Assembly (NCBI RefSeq): GCF_001194135.2
Contig: NC_068997.1
Span: 38,613,229-38,677,228 of the forward strand
Origin: Octopus bimaculoides
Taxonomy: Eukaryota
Reading direction: 5' to 3'
Length of the DNA: 64,000 nt
The notes under the pieces are model-generated. The model was not told the DNA's origin, did not search any database, and was given only the letters and a program-made list of their open reading frames with translations. This document shows, piece after piece, positions 22,576 through 34,794 of this stretch. Made by a program: the position numbers and the translations under genes. Numbering within the stretch: position 1 is the first letter of the stretch; each line of letters opens with the position of its first letter.

Positions 22576-24945
22576 TGTGATGTGAAGGAGGGAAAAGACG
22601 GAAGCAAAGAGAGAATTACGGCAGTCTTACCTGTCGGTCCGGAAAAGGGTCGCTCTCAACGTGCACGTGCTCTGTCTCGATCTGCAAGATTCACTCAATG
22701 TCCACGTGCTGTCTGTTTAATGCATCTGCTCTCATGCGCTGTTTGCCACCAACTGACTGCTCGCGCCTCGCTAACCCCGCATGCCCACCGCAGCCCTTCC
22801 GGTAGGACCCACAGGACCCACTTCCAACAGGACATGCCTACTCCCTCACTTCCAACAGGACATGCCTACTCCCTCACTTCCAGTCCGTTCCTACAACACA
22901 GCCTAGCTCATGCGCCCCCTGATCTGAAGATCATTCAGCCAACCTGCCCACACCCTCTCCTCAACCCTGACCACACGCCTTAACTTGTCACGTATTCAGC
23001 CAACCAGTGAGGAGGGCATCGCTCTCTCTGACTGCCATGGGGCTTCAGGACTGGACTCATTTCCTTGCATGTTGCTGCTGGCTTCGTCCTCTTGTCCATT
23101 GCTGTTGGCCCCATCCTCCGTCGCAGTGATGATCCTGTGCACATCCAAAACACGACGTGGCATGCCATCTATGGACACATTGTTCCTTGAATTCACAGAG
23201 GTTATTGTCCCCTTTCCCCCACTGTGATGTGCACCGCGCATTTGGGGGTTTAACCCAGACTTCTTTCCTGACCTGCACAAAGGCATTCTCTTTCTCTTCT
23301 GTGGGTTGCGGCGATGCAGTACATGGATGTCGCCACTCGTACTTGAATATTGCCCTGTGTAACACTGACTCCTCAACCTGTCCCGTCCTGGGCAATATAT
23401 TATACCAAAAAAACAACCTTGACTAGTGAGATGTAGCCCCTCTCTGCTATGGTTTTGATGGTGCAATGATGCTTCTCCACAACCCCATTTCCACTTGGCT
23501 GGTATGCCGCCCTGAAGAAACGGCTAACATGCCACTTTTCGAGTGTTTCCCCCAGCACCTCCGAGTGAAACACTGTGCCATTGTCTACAAGCAGCTCATC
23601 CACGGGGCCTCATTCTAGGAATATCTCATTCAGTATTCTTGTGGTTTCCTCTGCGGTCCCCATTTTCTTCACCCTCCATATGGCCAACCGCCCTGGTCCA
23701 GTCGACCATTGAGAGGTATGTCCCCTGTCAGTAGTGCGTCACATCCACTGCCAGTCGTTTCCAGTTGTGTTCCACTGGAATGCTTCCTGCCCCATGCACA
23801 CCCGGAGTGGGGTCAATGGACTGGCATCTGTCGCAGCTCCCAACTACTCCTTGCACACTCTGCCTGGTCACGCCTGAGTCAACTTTCCTGGCTAGGAACA
23901 GGGTCCTGTTCACCCTCATGTGGTGCGTGGTTTGCAATCTCCTCAGCTCCGAGTCACTCAGTTGACACACTGCAACCACTCCTTGATCTAGATCCTCTGG
24001 CACCTGCAACCAGGCTTTCTTTACTCTGGTCAGGACGTCCACTCTATTCCTCTCAGAAGGCTCAAAAACCACACTCAGACTCCAGTTAAACTTGGCAGCT
24101 AGCTTGCCCAGAATTCCCAAACGGTGTTTTATCAGCATCTCTGTGCCCCCTTTGGTTCACACCCTCCACTTGCCAGTGACCACTAACCCCCACCCATCTA
24201 AGTACAGTGGCCAAATCGGTCCAGATCTTGACGGTATGCAGCCTCCACCTCAGGGCTAGGTTCAGCCCCTTCAACACGGCATCCAGCTCTGCCACATTGA
24301 TGTGGTTGCAGTTGTCCTTCTTCCTTAGCCAGGCCACATCCTCCACCTTGACTCCTCCAATTTCCAGGACAAGTCCCATTGCTATGCTGCTGGCATCACA
24401 CCACACGATCCCATTCTTCAGTTTGGGCACATACCAGTTTCCTCTTACTGGGTCCTCCACAGTCACTTTCTCCAAGACTTCTTGGATCATGGCGGTTGTC
24501 TATTCACCCACATTATCACTTTACCTCACTCCTTCAGCTTGCCTCTTGATGAAGCTATTTGCCGTCCGGAGCCATCCTGCAATCGGGTAGTGTTCCAGCA
24601 GTTTCCTCCACACAGAAAACAGTTCTCACCTACTCATCTTGGAGTCCTGTTCTGGGATCTCATTTCCTCTCCGAAACACCAACGTGCCAGCCTTGTCTCT
24701 CTGTAGCTTGAGTCCCAGTGCAGCTCCTCCTTCCTTTCCCTCTGATGGTTTGGCAGTTAGCCCAAAACTCTTCAGGTGGCTTATGACCTCCTTTGCCGAC
24801 ACTATGCTCTCATCCACCGGGATGTCATCAATATGGGAATTGGTGGCTCTTTTCACTTTGTCTGCCTTTCCCAGGAGGGTTTTGAGAATTGTCGCCATAA
24901 TCTTCGGTGCTGAATTTAGCCGGAATCCCAAACTAGTCAGGCAGT
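22576..24945 (-). mobile_element. Ty3/Gypsy LTR retrotransposon: decayed RT-RNaseH-integrase and putative 3' LTR (~22576-22898); cut by the N-gap
   Basis: RT (MGFRLNSAP...HIDDI), RNase H (WCDAS...HINVAELDAV...WTD), integrase (HH...CDRC; VDNG...GNGVVE) in Gypsy order; purine-rich tract near 22915. Confidence 0.9.
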
Positions 24946-26705
24946 NNNNNNNNNNNNNNNNNNNNNNNNNNNNNNNNNNNNNNNNNNNNNNNNNNNNNNN
25001 NNNNNNNNNNNNNNNNNNNNNNNNNNNNNNNNNNNNNNNNNNNNNNNNNNNNNNNNNNNNNNNNNNNNNNNNNNNNNNNNNNNNNNNNNNNNNNNNNNNN
25101 NNNNNNNNNNNNNNNNNNNNNNNNNNNNNNNNNNNNNNNNNNNNNNNNNNNNNNNNNNNNNNNNNNNNNNNNNNNNNNNNNNNNNNNNNNNNNNNNNNNN
25201 NNNNNNNNNNNNNNNNNNNNNNNNNNNNNNNNNNNNNNNNNNNNNNNNNNNNNNNNNNNNNNNNNNNNNNNNNNNNNNNNNNNNGTGTGTGCGTGTGTAT
25301 TAATATATGTACATATATGTGTTTGTGTATTTATATATATGTGTGTGTGTGTATTATATATATATATAATTATGTGTATTTCTTCTATCTTAATGAATAA
25401 AAATTCTTCTGATAGAATAAATGGGTTAATAGAAACCAATGTAGCAAAGAACACAAAATAACTGTGGTTAGCTCCTGTTTTTAAGGCAGGAACTCCTTGA
25501 AATTTTGGGTATTTGAGTATATTTAAGAATTTAAGGATTGGAGAAAACGCATGTTATAATTGCATACTTTATTCCTACATATGTTTCAAAGGATTACAAC
25601 CTGTATGATCCATAGGGATCTTTGATATTAAAATTGTAACCTTGTATATATATATATTTATGTGTGTGTGTGTATCAAAGAGTGTAGGATCAAAATGTCA
25701 AGGACTTTTCCATTGTTCCTGAGCTTCAAATTGATACACCTGTTTGGTTTTCTTTCACTTGTCTTTGTCTTTTGCTTTTTGTAAATTCAAACTATATATA
25801 TATATATATATATATATATCATCATCATCATCATCATCATCAATATATGTATATACTCACACATATATGTATATGTAAGTATATATATTCCTGTATATGT
25901 GTATATGCATGGATATGTGTGTATGAATATATGTAGATAGACGTGTGCACCTTTCCAATGATTACAAGCAAGCAAAATTGTTCGGATAGCTCTGCACTTT
26001 TAAAGACATGTCAAGTAAGAGATCCCTTACTTGAAAAACAGGTAAGGGTTAGTGACTTGAAGGGCATCCAGTGGTAAAGCAATACCTCAATAATATATTT
26101 GCCTGACCTATGGTAGCATGGAAAAGTGGACATAGAAATGAACAAAAACTTATTAAAGAAACTACACAATTACTTCAGCATCCCACTGTTGTGTTTCTTT
26201 CTCTGTTGCCAAGCATGCTGGACTGGAACTTTTCTGTATCTTGTACAAAACACTGCTTTGTACTAAAGATAAAATTCAAACTAAATTCCTTGAGTTAAGG
26301 GAATGAGCTACATGCTGTTGTAACTTATTGAGCTTTGCTAATATCTCAACTGCCTTGAAATGTGCATCTGGAAATTCGCAGTTCTCAGGTAGTATAACAT
26401 GGAATTAAAAGTATGCATTATAAAATTCTGTTAACTTGTTTACCAGATATGTTTCTATCTCAATGTCCTTCTGAATACAAATATGTGAAGTCATTGCAGA
26501 TTGTGACTTGTGGGAAATGTGAGAATATTGAATTATGAGCCAAATCCTAAAATTATTAAACTTCTCTGTCAACTGAAACATCGTCAAACTTTGTGAATTG
26601 TTTCAAATGTTGCTCTAGTCATTGTTATATATAAATAACTATACTTAACAACTCATTTTAACTATACTTGACTATACTTTCTTATAGTTACGCTCAGTCA
26701 TATGA

Positions 26706-27110
26706 ACATCATCATCATCATCGTCATCATTCATTAATGTCCATTTTTCAAGCTGGTATGGGTTGGACAGTTTGACCAGAGCTAGCAAGCCAGAGAGCTT
26801 CACCAAGTTCCAGTCTGATCTGGCTTGGTCTCTATGGCTGGATGCCCTTCCTAATGGCTACCACTTTACAGTTTGTACTAGGTGCTTCTAATATGGCACT
26901 GGCACGAGTGCTTTTACATGGCATTGGCACGAGTGCTTTTCATGTGGCACTAGTACAGAACCCTTGTAGGCCAATCCTCTCCACCAGAGGGAGGGCAGCC
27001 TTAACACTTGTGCTGTGGAGGATGGGTCTTCTTGAGTACAGCAAGGCACTAGGTATCTTAGTCCTTTGTCATCTCATCTGAAAAGTTAAAAATTCTGAGG
27101 TCGTCCATTA
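26706..27110 (-). mobile_element. RTE 3' end, degenerate
   Basis: (CAT)n tail plus ctggatgcccttcctaat motif shared with the other copies. Confidence 0.75.
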
Positions 27111-29469
27111 GTACTTCATCCCATATATTTTAAAATATATGCATGTACAATTTATAGCTAAATGTCAAAGTGGAAAAAACTATCCAATTGATGGGACAAA
27201 AAAAAAATTCAATTTTTAAGAAATGTAACATCTCTTACAAGGTTACACTAATTTGTATGTGTGTCTGTCTATGTGCTTGCTACACGTTAAAGACAACACA
27301 AGAGAATGCTTGAAAGTTTTTGCAATTTATATATTCTTCCACTGTTTTCAACTAATGGAATGTAGCCATGCTAGAATATAGCCATGCATTTTTTTTTTTA
27401 CAGTTTATAATTAACTCCAAGTTTATATATATGTAATTTGATCCCTCAATTTCAAAGCCAGCCTCTTCTGTAACTCCCTGCAGGGAATTTGCCACTTGTA
27501 TTATATTACACATTCTATAAGAATTTTTTTGTGCCTGTTTTGATGAATAATTTTATTAACTGTTATAATATTGATTCATTATGTTACAAATTTTGACTAT
27601 GTGTTTGCTTCCATTCTATAGTTAGCCCATAAAGTGCTGGGATTTGCACTTATATAACCTGGACTGCTGAGCACATTTTATGAAAATGAGACAGACTACC
27701 ATGCACACATAAAAAACAAAGAATAGTTAAAATATCTTCTTAGTATATAATGGTGGCAAGTTTTGCATCATTTGAAAAGTCGTTAGTTGAACTATTAGTC
27801 CTCCTGCATTCTGGGGGTATCGGAGCGTTTGAGTAACATTAGACCCCAACAAACGCCCATAAATTAAATGCATCTATCTGGGCCACGATCGTGGCCTGTT
27901 GACCTGTGCCTGGTGGCCATGATTGTGGCCCAGCACTCTTTATATGTTAATGGTTGTTTGAGAATAATGCTTAAGAACATAGCTATGTTCTATACTGATA
28001 TAGCCGCCACTATTAACTACAATTTAACCTAGTACATGCTCTGAGATAAAATTTGTTACATTGATTTTTGCTTCTTGGCCTAAAATTACTTTGTCAAATT
28101 GTTAAATTTATATTATGATCAAGAAAACATATTGCAACTGCTATTTGAGTAAACCAGTTATTATTTTAAGTATTTTGTTAACATGAAAAGCAGTATATAT
28201 TTGATTATGAGAGTAAATATATTGGCATATAAATTTGTTAAAGGATTTATGAAATTGTGAATGTTTATATACATTTATAATTGATTTTATTTTGACATAC
28301 TAAGATGTAGAAGTTTTCAGTTACTCTTGTGTTAGAAACTTTAAAGAAGTTTGCAAACTGAGCCAGTTGAAAAGGAATTATGGATAATGGTTGAAGGGTT
28401 TAAATAGTACTGGCTCTTTTAACTAATCATGTGATCTGTGATACCATGTGCCATTTAAGTATTACTAACATCTACTCTAAAGTTCATGAGGTATTTTGAT
28501 TTAGGAATGGAGTAGAGTGATATGAAATTTCTCTACAAGACAAAGGTTGTATTGCTTTGACACATTCCTAAATGTTTTGCCTTGGATAGTTCATATAATG
28601 TTTGTGGTTATTCTTTTATCTTTTGATTTCCAAATGTATTTGGAGACAATGTAATATTTTCCAAGTGCTGGTGCAGATTTTTGAATAGATGTTTTGGGAA
28701 TGTTGGTCAAGTTATCTGTGGAGATAAATACTGACTTTGTAGAATTTTCCACTCCCCTATTCCTTAACTAAGACATCTCTATATGTAGTACTTCCACTGG
28801 AATTGCTATCATTTTACAATCAATTTTCTTCCAACTCTTCATTACACTCAACCAACAAAACTTTCATAATTCCCCTCCCAGCATTTTCAGTCTTTCTGGC
28901 ATTCATAGATTATTGTCTCATGTAATTCCTTGGATCACTCCACCAACATGACAGCCAATCCCCTGCCTCCTTTTTTTGGTTTTCCATAACTTAGTCAGTG
29001 GAGGAAAGAGAACACTCAGTAACCATTTTGGGACCTCTGAGACTAGTGGGAAGAAGGGATGAAGTTATCTTCTGATTGGAAACCCTGCCTAAATCCCTGC
29101 AATGGAGTAGAATTTACAAATAGCATCAAAAGGTAAGGTGGTAGTGTTAAACCAAACAACAGACTTACTACCCAAGGACATGAACTGTCCTTAAGGTAGG
29201 CTTCCATATAATTTGTCAACCAAATTTCACTCACAAGGTTTTGGCCCTACACAGGATACCATATGGTGAGAGTGAACTTGAAGCCCCATAGTTGTGTAAC
29301 AGACTTCTTAACCACTCACCCAGTCTCTTCCACCACCCTCAGAAAGTAAACTCCACAAGACCTGATTGAAATAGCTAAATCTCCCAGTACTCATCATAGG
29401 TTTCTTCAGTCAGCCCCACAAGGCAAACAATAATAGTAGTTCCCAGAGTTATCTCAGAACCTTGAGATA

Positions 29470-29700
29470 AATCATCAATATCCCCTCACATCAGGAATTT
29501 ATCCTAACCTTTGGAAAGAGGCTTCAGTGTATCCAGTCTTCCAAAAGAATAACCTCTATGATCTTGCCAACTGCTAACCTATCATTCTCATTTCTAATAT
29601 GTCAAAAGATGTTGGAAATTATTGTAAGCAATCACTGTATTTCTGTTTTCCACTTCAGTATGGTTTCCATTGGGCCAAATCTACCAAAGGCTTCAGTGTT
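29470..29700 (+). mobile_element. Degenerate CR1-type RT fragment
   Basis: WKEASVYPVFQK...PIILISNMSK.LEIIV. Confidence 0.5.
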
Positions 29701-30445
29701 ACTCCATCAAAAGCAAGTTGTTATTATTGGTATTTATCTCTAACCAGGTCAGCCCTAATCAAGTAGACGTGTATGAAGTATACTAACTATTGCCATCCCT
29801 TTTTTATCAGATGTAGTGTAACTAAGACTACATCATGAAATGCATCCTTCATCTTTTAAAAACAGAGATGATTTGAAGGAAATTTGGCTACTATTTGTAG
29901 AGGGTCAATCGATCGCATAGAGGCTCTCCCATTGGCTCATTGCTATTGACATTATCAAAGCCTTTATGCAGCTACAATGGCATAAATGTGATTGTTATAT
30001 GTGAGATGTAGAGAAGTAAATGACACTATAGTCATTGAACTATTGTTAATCAATATCTTCAAAAGTTATGCATGTTTTGAGAGCCTATTGAAGATATGTT
30101 TAACAGAAAAGAAAGAATGAAAAAATCTAACATAGATCCACTCATACTTTTGATGTAGTTTTCTTCAAACTTACTTGATGTTATTCTAGTGAAGAATTGC
30201 TTCGTGTGACAGTAGCAGGTTCACAGCCTCACCATTACCATTGTTTTTAGTCACCTTTAACATTACTGTCTTCTCATTAATTAAATCCAAAGATCATCTT
30301 TGCAATGTCAGTGCTCATCTAAATAGACAATTTTCTAATTGCAATGTTCAGAATCTAGTTTTATGTGAACTTAATGAACTATGAGAGAAGTGAAGACTTA
30401 ATTGAGTCAAAGTTTAAACTTTAATAATTGTTTTGGGAAAGGCAG

Positions 30446-30655
30446 TGAGCTGGCAGACTTGTTAGTATACCAGGCAAGATGCTTAGTGGCATTTCGTCCA
30501 TTTTTATGTTGTGAATTCAAATGCTGCCGAGGCCAACTTTGCCTTTCATCCATTCAGGGTCAATAAAATAAGTACCAGTTGACCACTGGGATCAATGTAA
30601 ACGACTTAGCCCCTTCCCCAAAATTGCTGGCTTTGTGCTAAAATTTGAAACCAGT
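30446..30655 (+). mobile_element. tRNA-derived Meta-type SINE
   Basis: Head gtgagctggcaga..ttag, core gcctttcatcc...ggtcaataaaataagtacc, tail aaatttgaaacc. Confidence 0.85.
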
Positions 30656-30982
30656 AATTGTTTTGGGAGATAGAAATATTCAAAGATACTTGAAATAGAG
30701 GGTGATATTTGTTTCTTGGGTTAGAATTGGACCTTAGTACAACCAAATAAAAAAGCCTTTCACTGGTTACTCTATTTGTTAAATGTCACAGTTGGCATAC
30801 TGAAAGGACAAATTCAGTCATTTTAATACAGTTATCAGTTGTGAAGCACAACTGTCTGTTAAAGCTCCTATTACACAAATCTAAAGATTGCAGAAAGCAT
30901 GAGAAGCATTGAAGAGGTCACAGGATGCGGGATGAAAGATTTCAGACAAAGAACACTAAAATAATAATAATAATAATAATAA

Positions 30983-31731
30983 TAAATGTGGTCTATAGTA
31001 TAAGATGTATAGAGGGACGATGCAGTAACAAGACAACGACGTATGTAGGTGAAACAGCACGGAGCATAGGGGAGCGGGTAAATGAACATTGGAGGGAACT
31101 TAAGGAAAGGAAGAGCTCATCAGTTCTGTACCAGCACGCTGAGCAAGAACACGGAAGCTCACTCAACAACATAGAAATTAAAATCTTATCTACACATAGC
31201 ACAGACGCAGCACTTAGACAAATTACAGAAGCTACACACATAATAGAAGATAAACCTAGCCTGAATAGGAAACTGGAATGGAACACTAACACACACCTCT
31301 AACAAACCACAACATATGACAATAAATTCCCCATAAACCAATAACAATATGAACAAAATATAATACAATACATAGATAAACAAATGGAATTAAATAATAC
31401 ATACGTTAACAAAATTTAATTAAATACAAAAAAAAGTAGGTATAAACACATGAACAAACAAATAAATAAATAAAAACAAAAATAAACGAACATGTATTAA
31501 CAGAGGATATAGATAATACAGGCACTCCCCATACACACACATGCACTTACAAAACATAGACACACATAGAGGGATGCGCATGCGCAAATGTAGACACATA
31601 CAATAGGAATACAAAATGGCTGATAGTTAGCAAGGTGGGACACATAAGAAAGAAGAAAGCAAAGGACCACTGATGAGGTCACAGAAGTGTGACGAAAGAA
31701 CTCTGGCCGAAATCAGATTAATGTAATGTAA
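30983..31731 (+). mobile_element. Penelope-like element 3' fragment: GIY-YIG endonuclease C-terminus and 3'UTR
   Basis: ORF 30925..31302 NVVYSIRC...YVGETARSIGERVNEH...EATHI...PSLN; starts at an (ATA)n tract. Confidence 0.92.
31664..31708 (+). ncRNA. Minimal type I hammerhead ribozyme of the Penelope element
   Basis: ggacca-CUGAUGA-g-gucaca(gaag)ugugac-GAA-AG(aa)CU-C-uggcc; predicted cleavage after 31703. Confidence 0.75.
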
Positions 31732-32838
31732 TCTATATATATAAAAATGAGAATGTGTNNNNNNNNNNNNNNNNNNNNNNNNNNNNNNNNNNNNNNNNNN
31801 NNNNNNNNNNNNNNNNNNNNNNNNNNNNNNNNNNNNNNNNNNNNNNNNNNNNNNNNNNNNNNNNNNNNNNNNNNNNNNNNNNNNNNNNNNNNNNNNNNNN
31901 NNNNNNNNNNNNNNNNNNNNNNNNNNNNNNNNNNNNNNNNNNNNNNNNNNNNNNNNNNNNNNNNNNNNNNNNNNNNNNNNNNNNNNNNNNNNNNNNNNNN
32001 NNNNNNNNNNNNNNNNNNNNNNNNNNNNNNNNNNNNNNNNNNNNNNNNNNNNNNNNNNNNNNNNNNNNNNNNNNNNNNNNNNNNNNNNNNNNNNNNNNNN
32101 NNNNNNNNNNNNNNNNNNNNNNNNNNNNNNNNNNNNNNNNNNNNNNNNNNNNNNNNNNNNNNNNNNNNNNNNNNNNNNNNNNNNNNNNNNNNNNNNNNNN
32201 NNNNNNNNNNNNNNNNNNNNNNNNNNNNNNNNNNNNNNNNNNNNNNNNNNNNNNNNNNNNNNNNNNNNNNNNNNNNNNNNNNNNNNNNNNNNNNNNNNNN
32301 NNNNNNNNNNNNNNNNNNNNNNNNNNNNNNNNNNNNNNNNNNNNNNNNNNNNNNNNNNNNNNNNNNNNNNNNNNNNNNNNNNNNNNNNNNNNNNNNNNNN
32401 NNNNNNNNNNNNNNNNNNNNNNNNNNNNNNNNNNNNNNNNNNNNNNNNNNNNNNNNNNNNNNNNNNNNNNNNNNNNNNNNNNNNNNNNNNNNNNNNNNNN
32501 NNNNNNNNNNNNNNNNNNNNNNNNNNNNNNNNNNNNNNNNNNNNNNNNNNNNNNNNNNNNNNNNNNNNNNNNNNNNNNNNNNNNNNNNNNNNNNNNNNNN
32601 NNNNNNNNNNNNNNNNNNNNNNNNNNNNNNNNNNNNNNNNNNNNNNNNNNNNNNNACCTATTTGTATATGCTCCACAAGGGAAAACAAGGAACATAGTTT
32701 ACAATGAGGTGTTATAATCACAACAGCAAGAAAGTATGTACATGATCACCTTCTTTTACGAAACTTCATTGACTTTCATATATTTATATTGATATACATA
32801 TATATATACGTGTGTTTGGGTGCGTGTGTGTATATACA

Positions 32839-32929
32839 TCTCTATATATAAAGATGATGCGTAGTCTAGACGGCGTTTTTAGATTTCATTATTCTCTTTA
32901 ACCCGGGCAACGCCGGGTATTTCTGCTAG
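32839..32929 (+). mobile_element. 91-bp non-autonomous Helitron
   Basis: A|TC 5' end, acccgg-gcaacg-ccgggt hairpin 8 nt before the CTAG|T 3' end, no TSD. Confidence 0.8.
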
Positions 32930-33233
32930 TGTAATATAAAGCTGAAGCAAATTAACGCCAAAATATTCAGTGCATGTGTTTTTATTGGCTAAACTGGTAA
33001 TATGACCATCCCCAAGTACAACAACAATAATAATAAAGCTAAAGTGAAAAAGGAGTATATAATGTGTGTGGATGATTGTCAAAAAACAAAAAAAGTCCAC
33101 CATCCCCAAAGATAACATGAAAATCATTACTGTGCTTGAATTATTGTAATATGTAATATGTAAGATTTTAAAAAATACATAAAGAAAACATGAAAATTTG
33201 ATTATGTTGGAATTTTATATATATATATATATA

Positions 33234-33400
33234 TCATCGGTACCATTTTCCTCTTTCTCCGTTCTTCCATTCTCTGAACTTTCCATCTTTCCGACGAAGG
33301 GCTACGCCCGAAACGTCATACACTCTCTCTTTCCTTTCCTGAGCGTCCAATAACACTATCCATATCACGTCCTCACTTTGTTGTTTTTTTGTTTTTGTTT
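33234..33400 (+). mobile_element. Penelope-type terminal repeat fragment with a degenerate hammerhead motif
   Basis: ccgacgaa-gggc(tac)gccc-gaaacgtc; U4 is replaced by C and stem I does not pair. Confidence 0.5.
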
Positions 33401-33416
33401 TTTTGANNNNNNNNNN

Positions 33417-33463
<47 letters not shown>

Positions 33464-33572
33464 CACACACACACACACATACATATTTATATAACATATA
33501 TACACATACATACTGGTAAATGGTAAAGATCTGAAACTGGTGTTAATTTTCAGTTTTGTATTATTTGCATAG

Positions 33573-33708
33573 ATCTGATGGGCCAAGATGATGGAAGAAG
33601 TGTTTAGTGATCAGCAGGCAGAGATTCTGGAGAAGCTGGAATCTTCCGGACCCTCTGCCCAAATTGCTCACCAGCTTCAAGAAGCAGCTCAGACAGATGT
33701 AATTTCCT
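33573..33708 (+). CDS. PRRC1: PRRC1 exon with start codon (ATG 33588; MMEEVFSDQQAEILEK...DVIS)
   Basis: Acceptor tttgcatag ends 33572; in-frame TGA (33576-33578) lies upstream of the ATG; donor gtgagt at 33709. Confidence 0.85.
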
Positions 33709-34346
33709 GTGAGTAATTATTATTATATATTCTGAATGCTTATATTTGAACTTTTGTTTAAACAAAGTCCTATTTTCTTTCTTAGAAAATGAAGTTATTT
33801 TGTTTGATGTGATAGTGTGTTAGACCAGCACAGTCAAGTGTTGAAATAAGTACATCAACAGACAACAATTCTCAAGATCCTTTAATAATTTGGTTTTCCT
33901 TTCAGCTGCTGGTGGCAATGGTAATGGTAGTTCAGCTTCACCTGTGTTGTCTTCTCTTAGTTCGTCCCTCTCCAGTAGTTTTACAGATGGATCAACAATT
34001 TTCCCAACGACAACCGATGTAAGTTATTATGTTTCAAAATTACTTCAGATTTTCAACCTTTTACCTTCTATCCTTTACCTATTTCAGTCATTAGACTAAA
34101 GCCACACTGTGGCACTTCCTTGAAGAATTTTAGTCAAACTTATTTACCCCAATACTTAATATTTTTTTTGTAAAGCCTGTTACTTATTTTATTGGCCTCT
34201 TTTGCTAAACTGCTAAGTTATGGGGATATAAACACACCAACACCAGTTGTCAAGTGGTGATGGGGAACAAACATATACACAAAGACAGACACATGCACAT
34301 ACACACACACACGCACATACACATACACGCATATACACACACACAC

Positions 34347-34398
<52 letters not shown>

Positions 34399-34758
34399 CC
34401 AAATGTTAGCACCAAGCAGTGTTTAGGCATAAGCAAAACATAAGTTAGTTAAAATATGTTTGCGACATATTTCAACTGCCAAAAGGCAAATTCACTGCAG
34501 TTACTGTGGAGAAAATATTTCTCTTATGGTAAAAAGGTCTGAAAACACCCTATTTGTTCAGTGTTTCCATCTATCAGGAATCCCAGACATCAATGTTTCA
34601 AGCTACTTGGCTCTTATCAACAGGATGTACCTAAGTGAGGCAACTCTGAACAAATCTTGTAAAGCAATAGCTTTGTGTAAAATACAGTCAGCAATGTTAG
34701 TGTCAAGCAGTGTTTAGGCATAAGCAAAATTTAGGTTAGTTAAAATATGTTTGTGACA

Positions 34759-34794
<36 letters not shown>

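Noticed and set aside
22582-22983. 133-aa ORF with an internal repeat
   Set aside because: It is a translation of the Gypsy LTR and its 28-bp tandem unit.
30446-30540. A/B-box tRNA-like sequences here and in about ten other places
   Set aside because: These are SINE heads continuing into a shared core and tail; there is no cloverleaf or discrete tRNA end.
33699-33704. Alternative donor gat|gtaatt in PRRC1 coding exon 1
   Set aside because: It gives phase 0, incompatible with exon 2; the gtgagt donor at 33709 is stronger.
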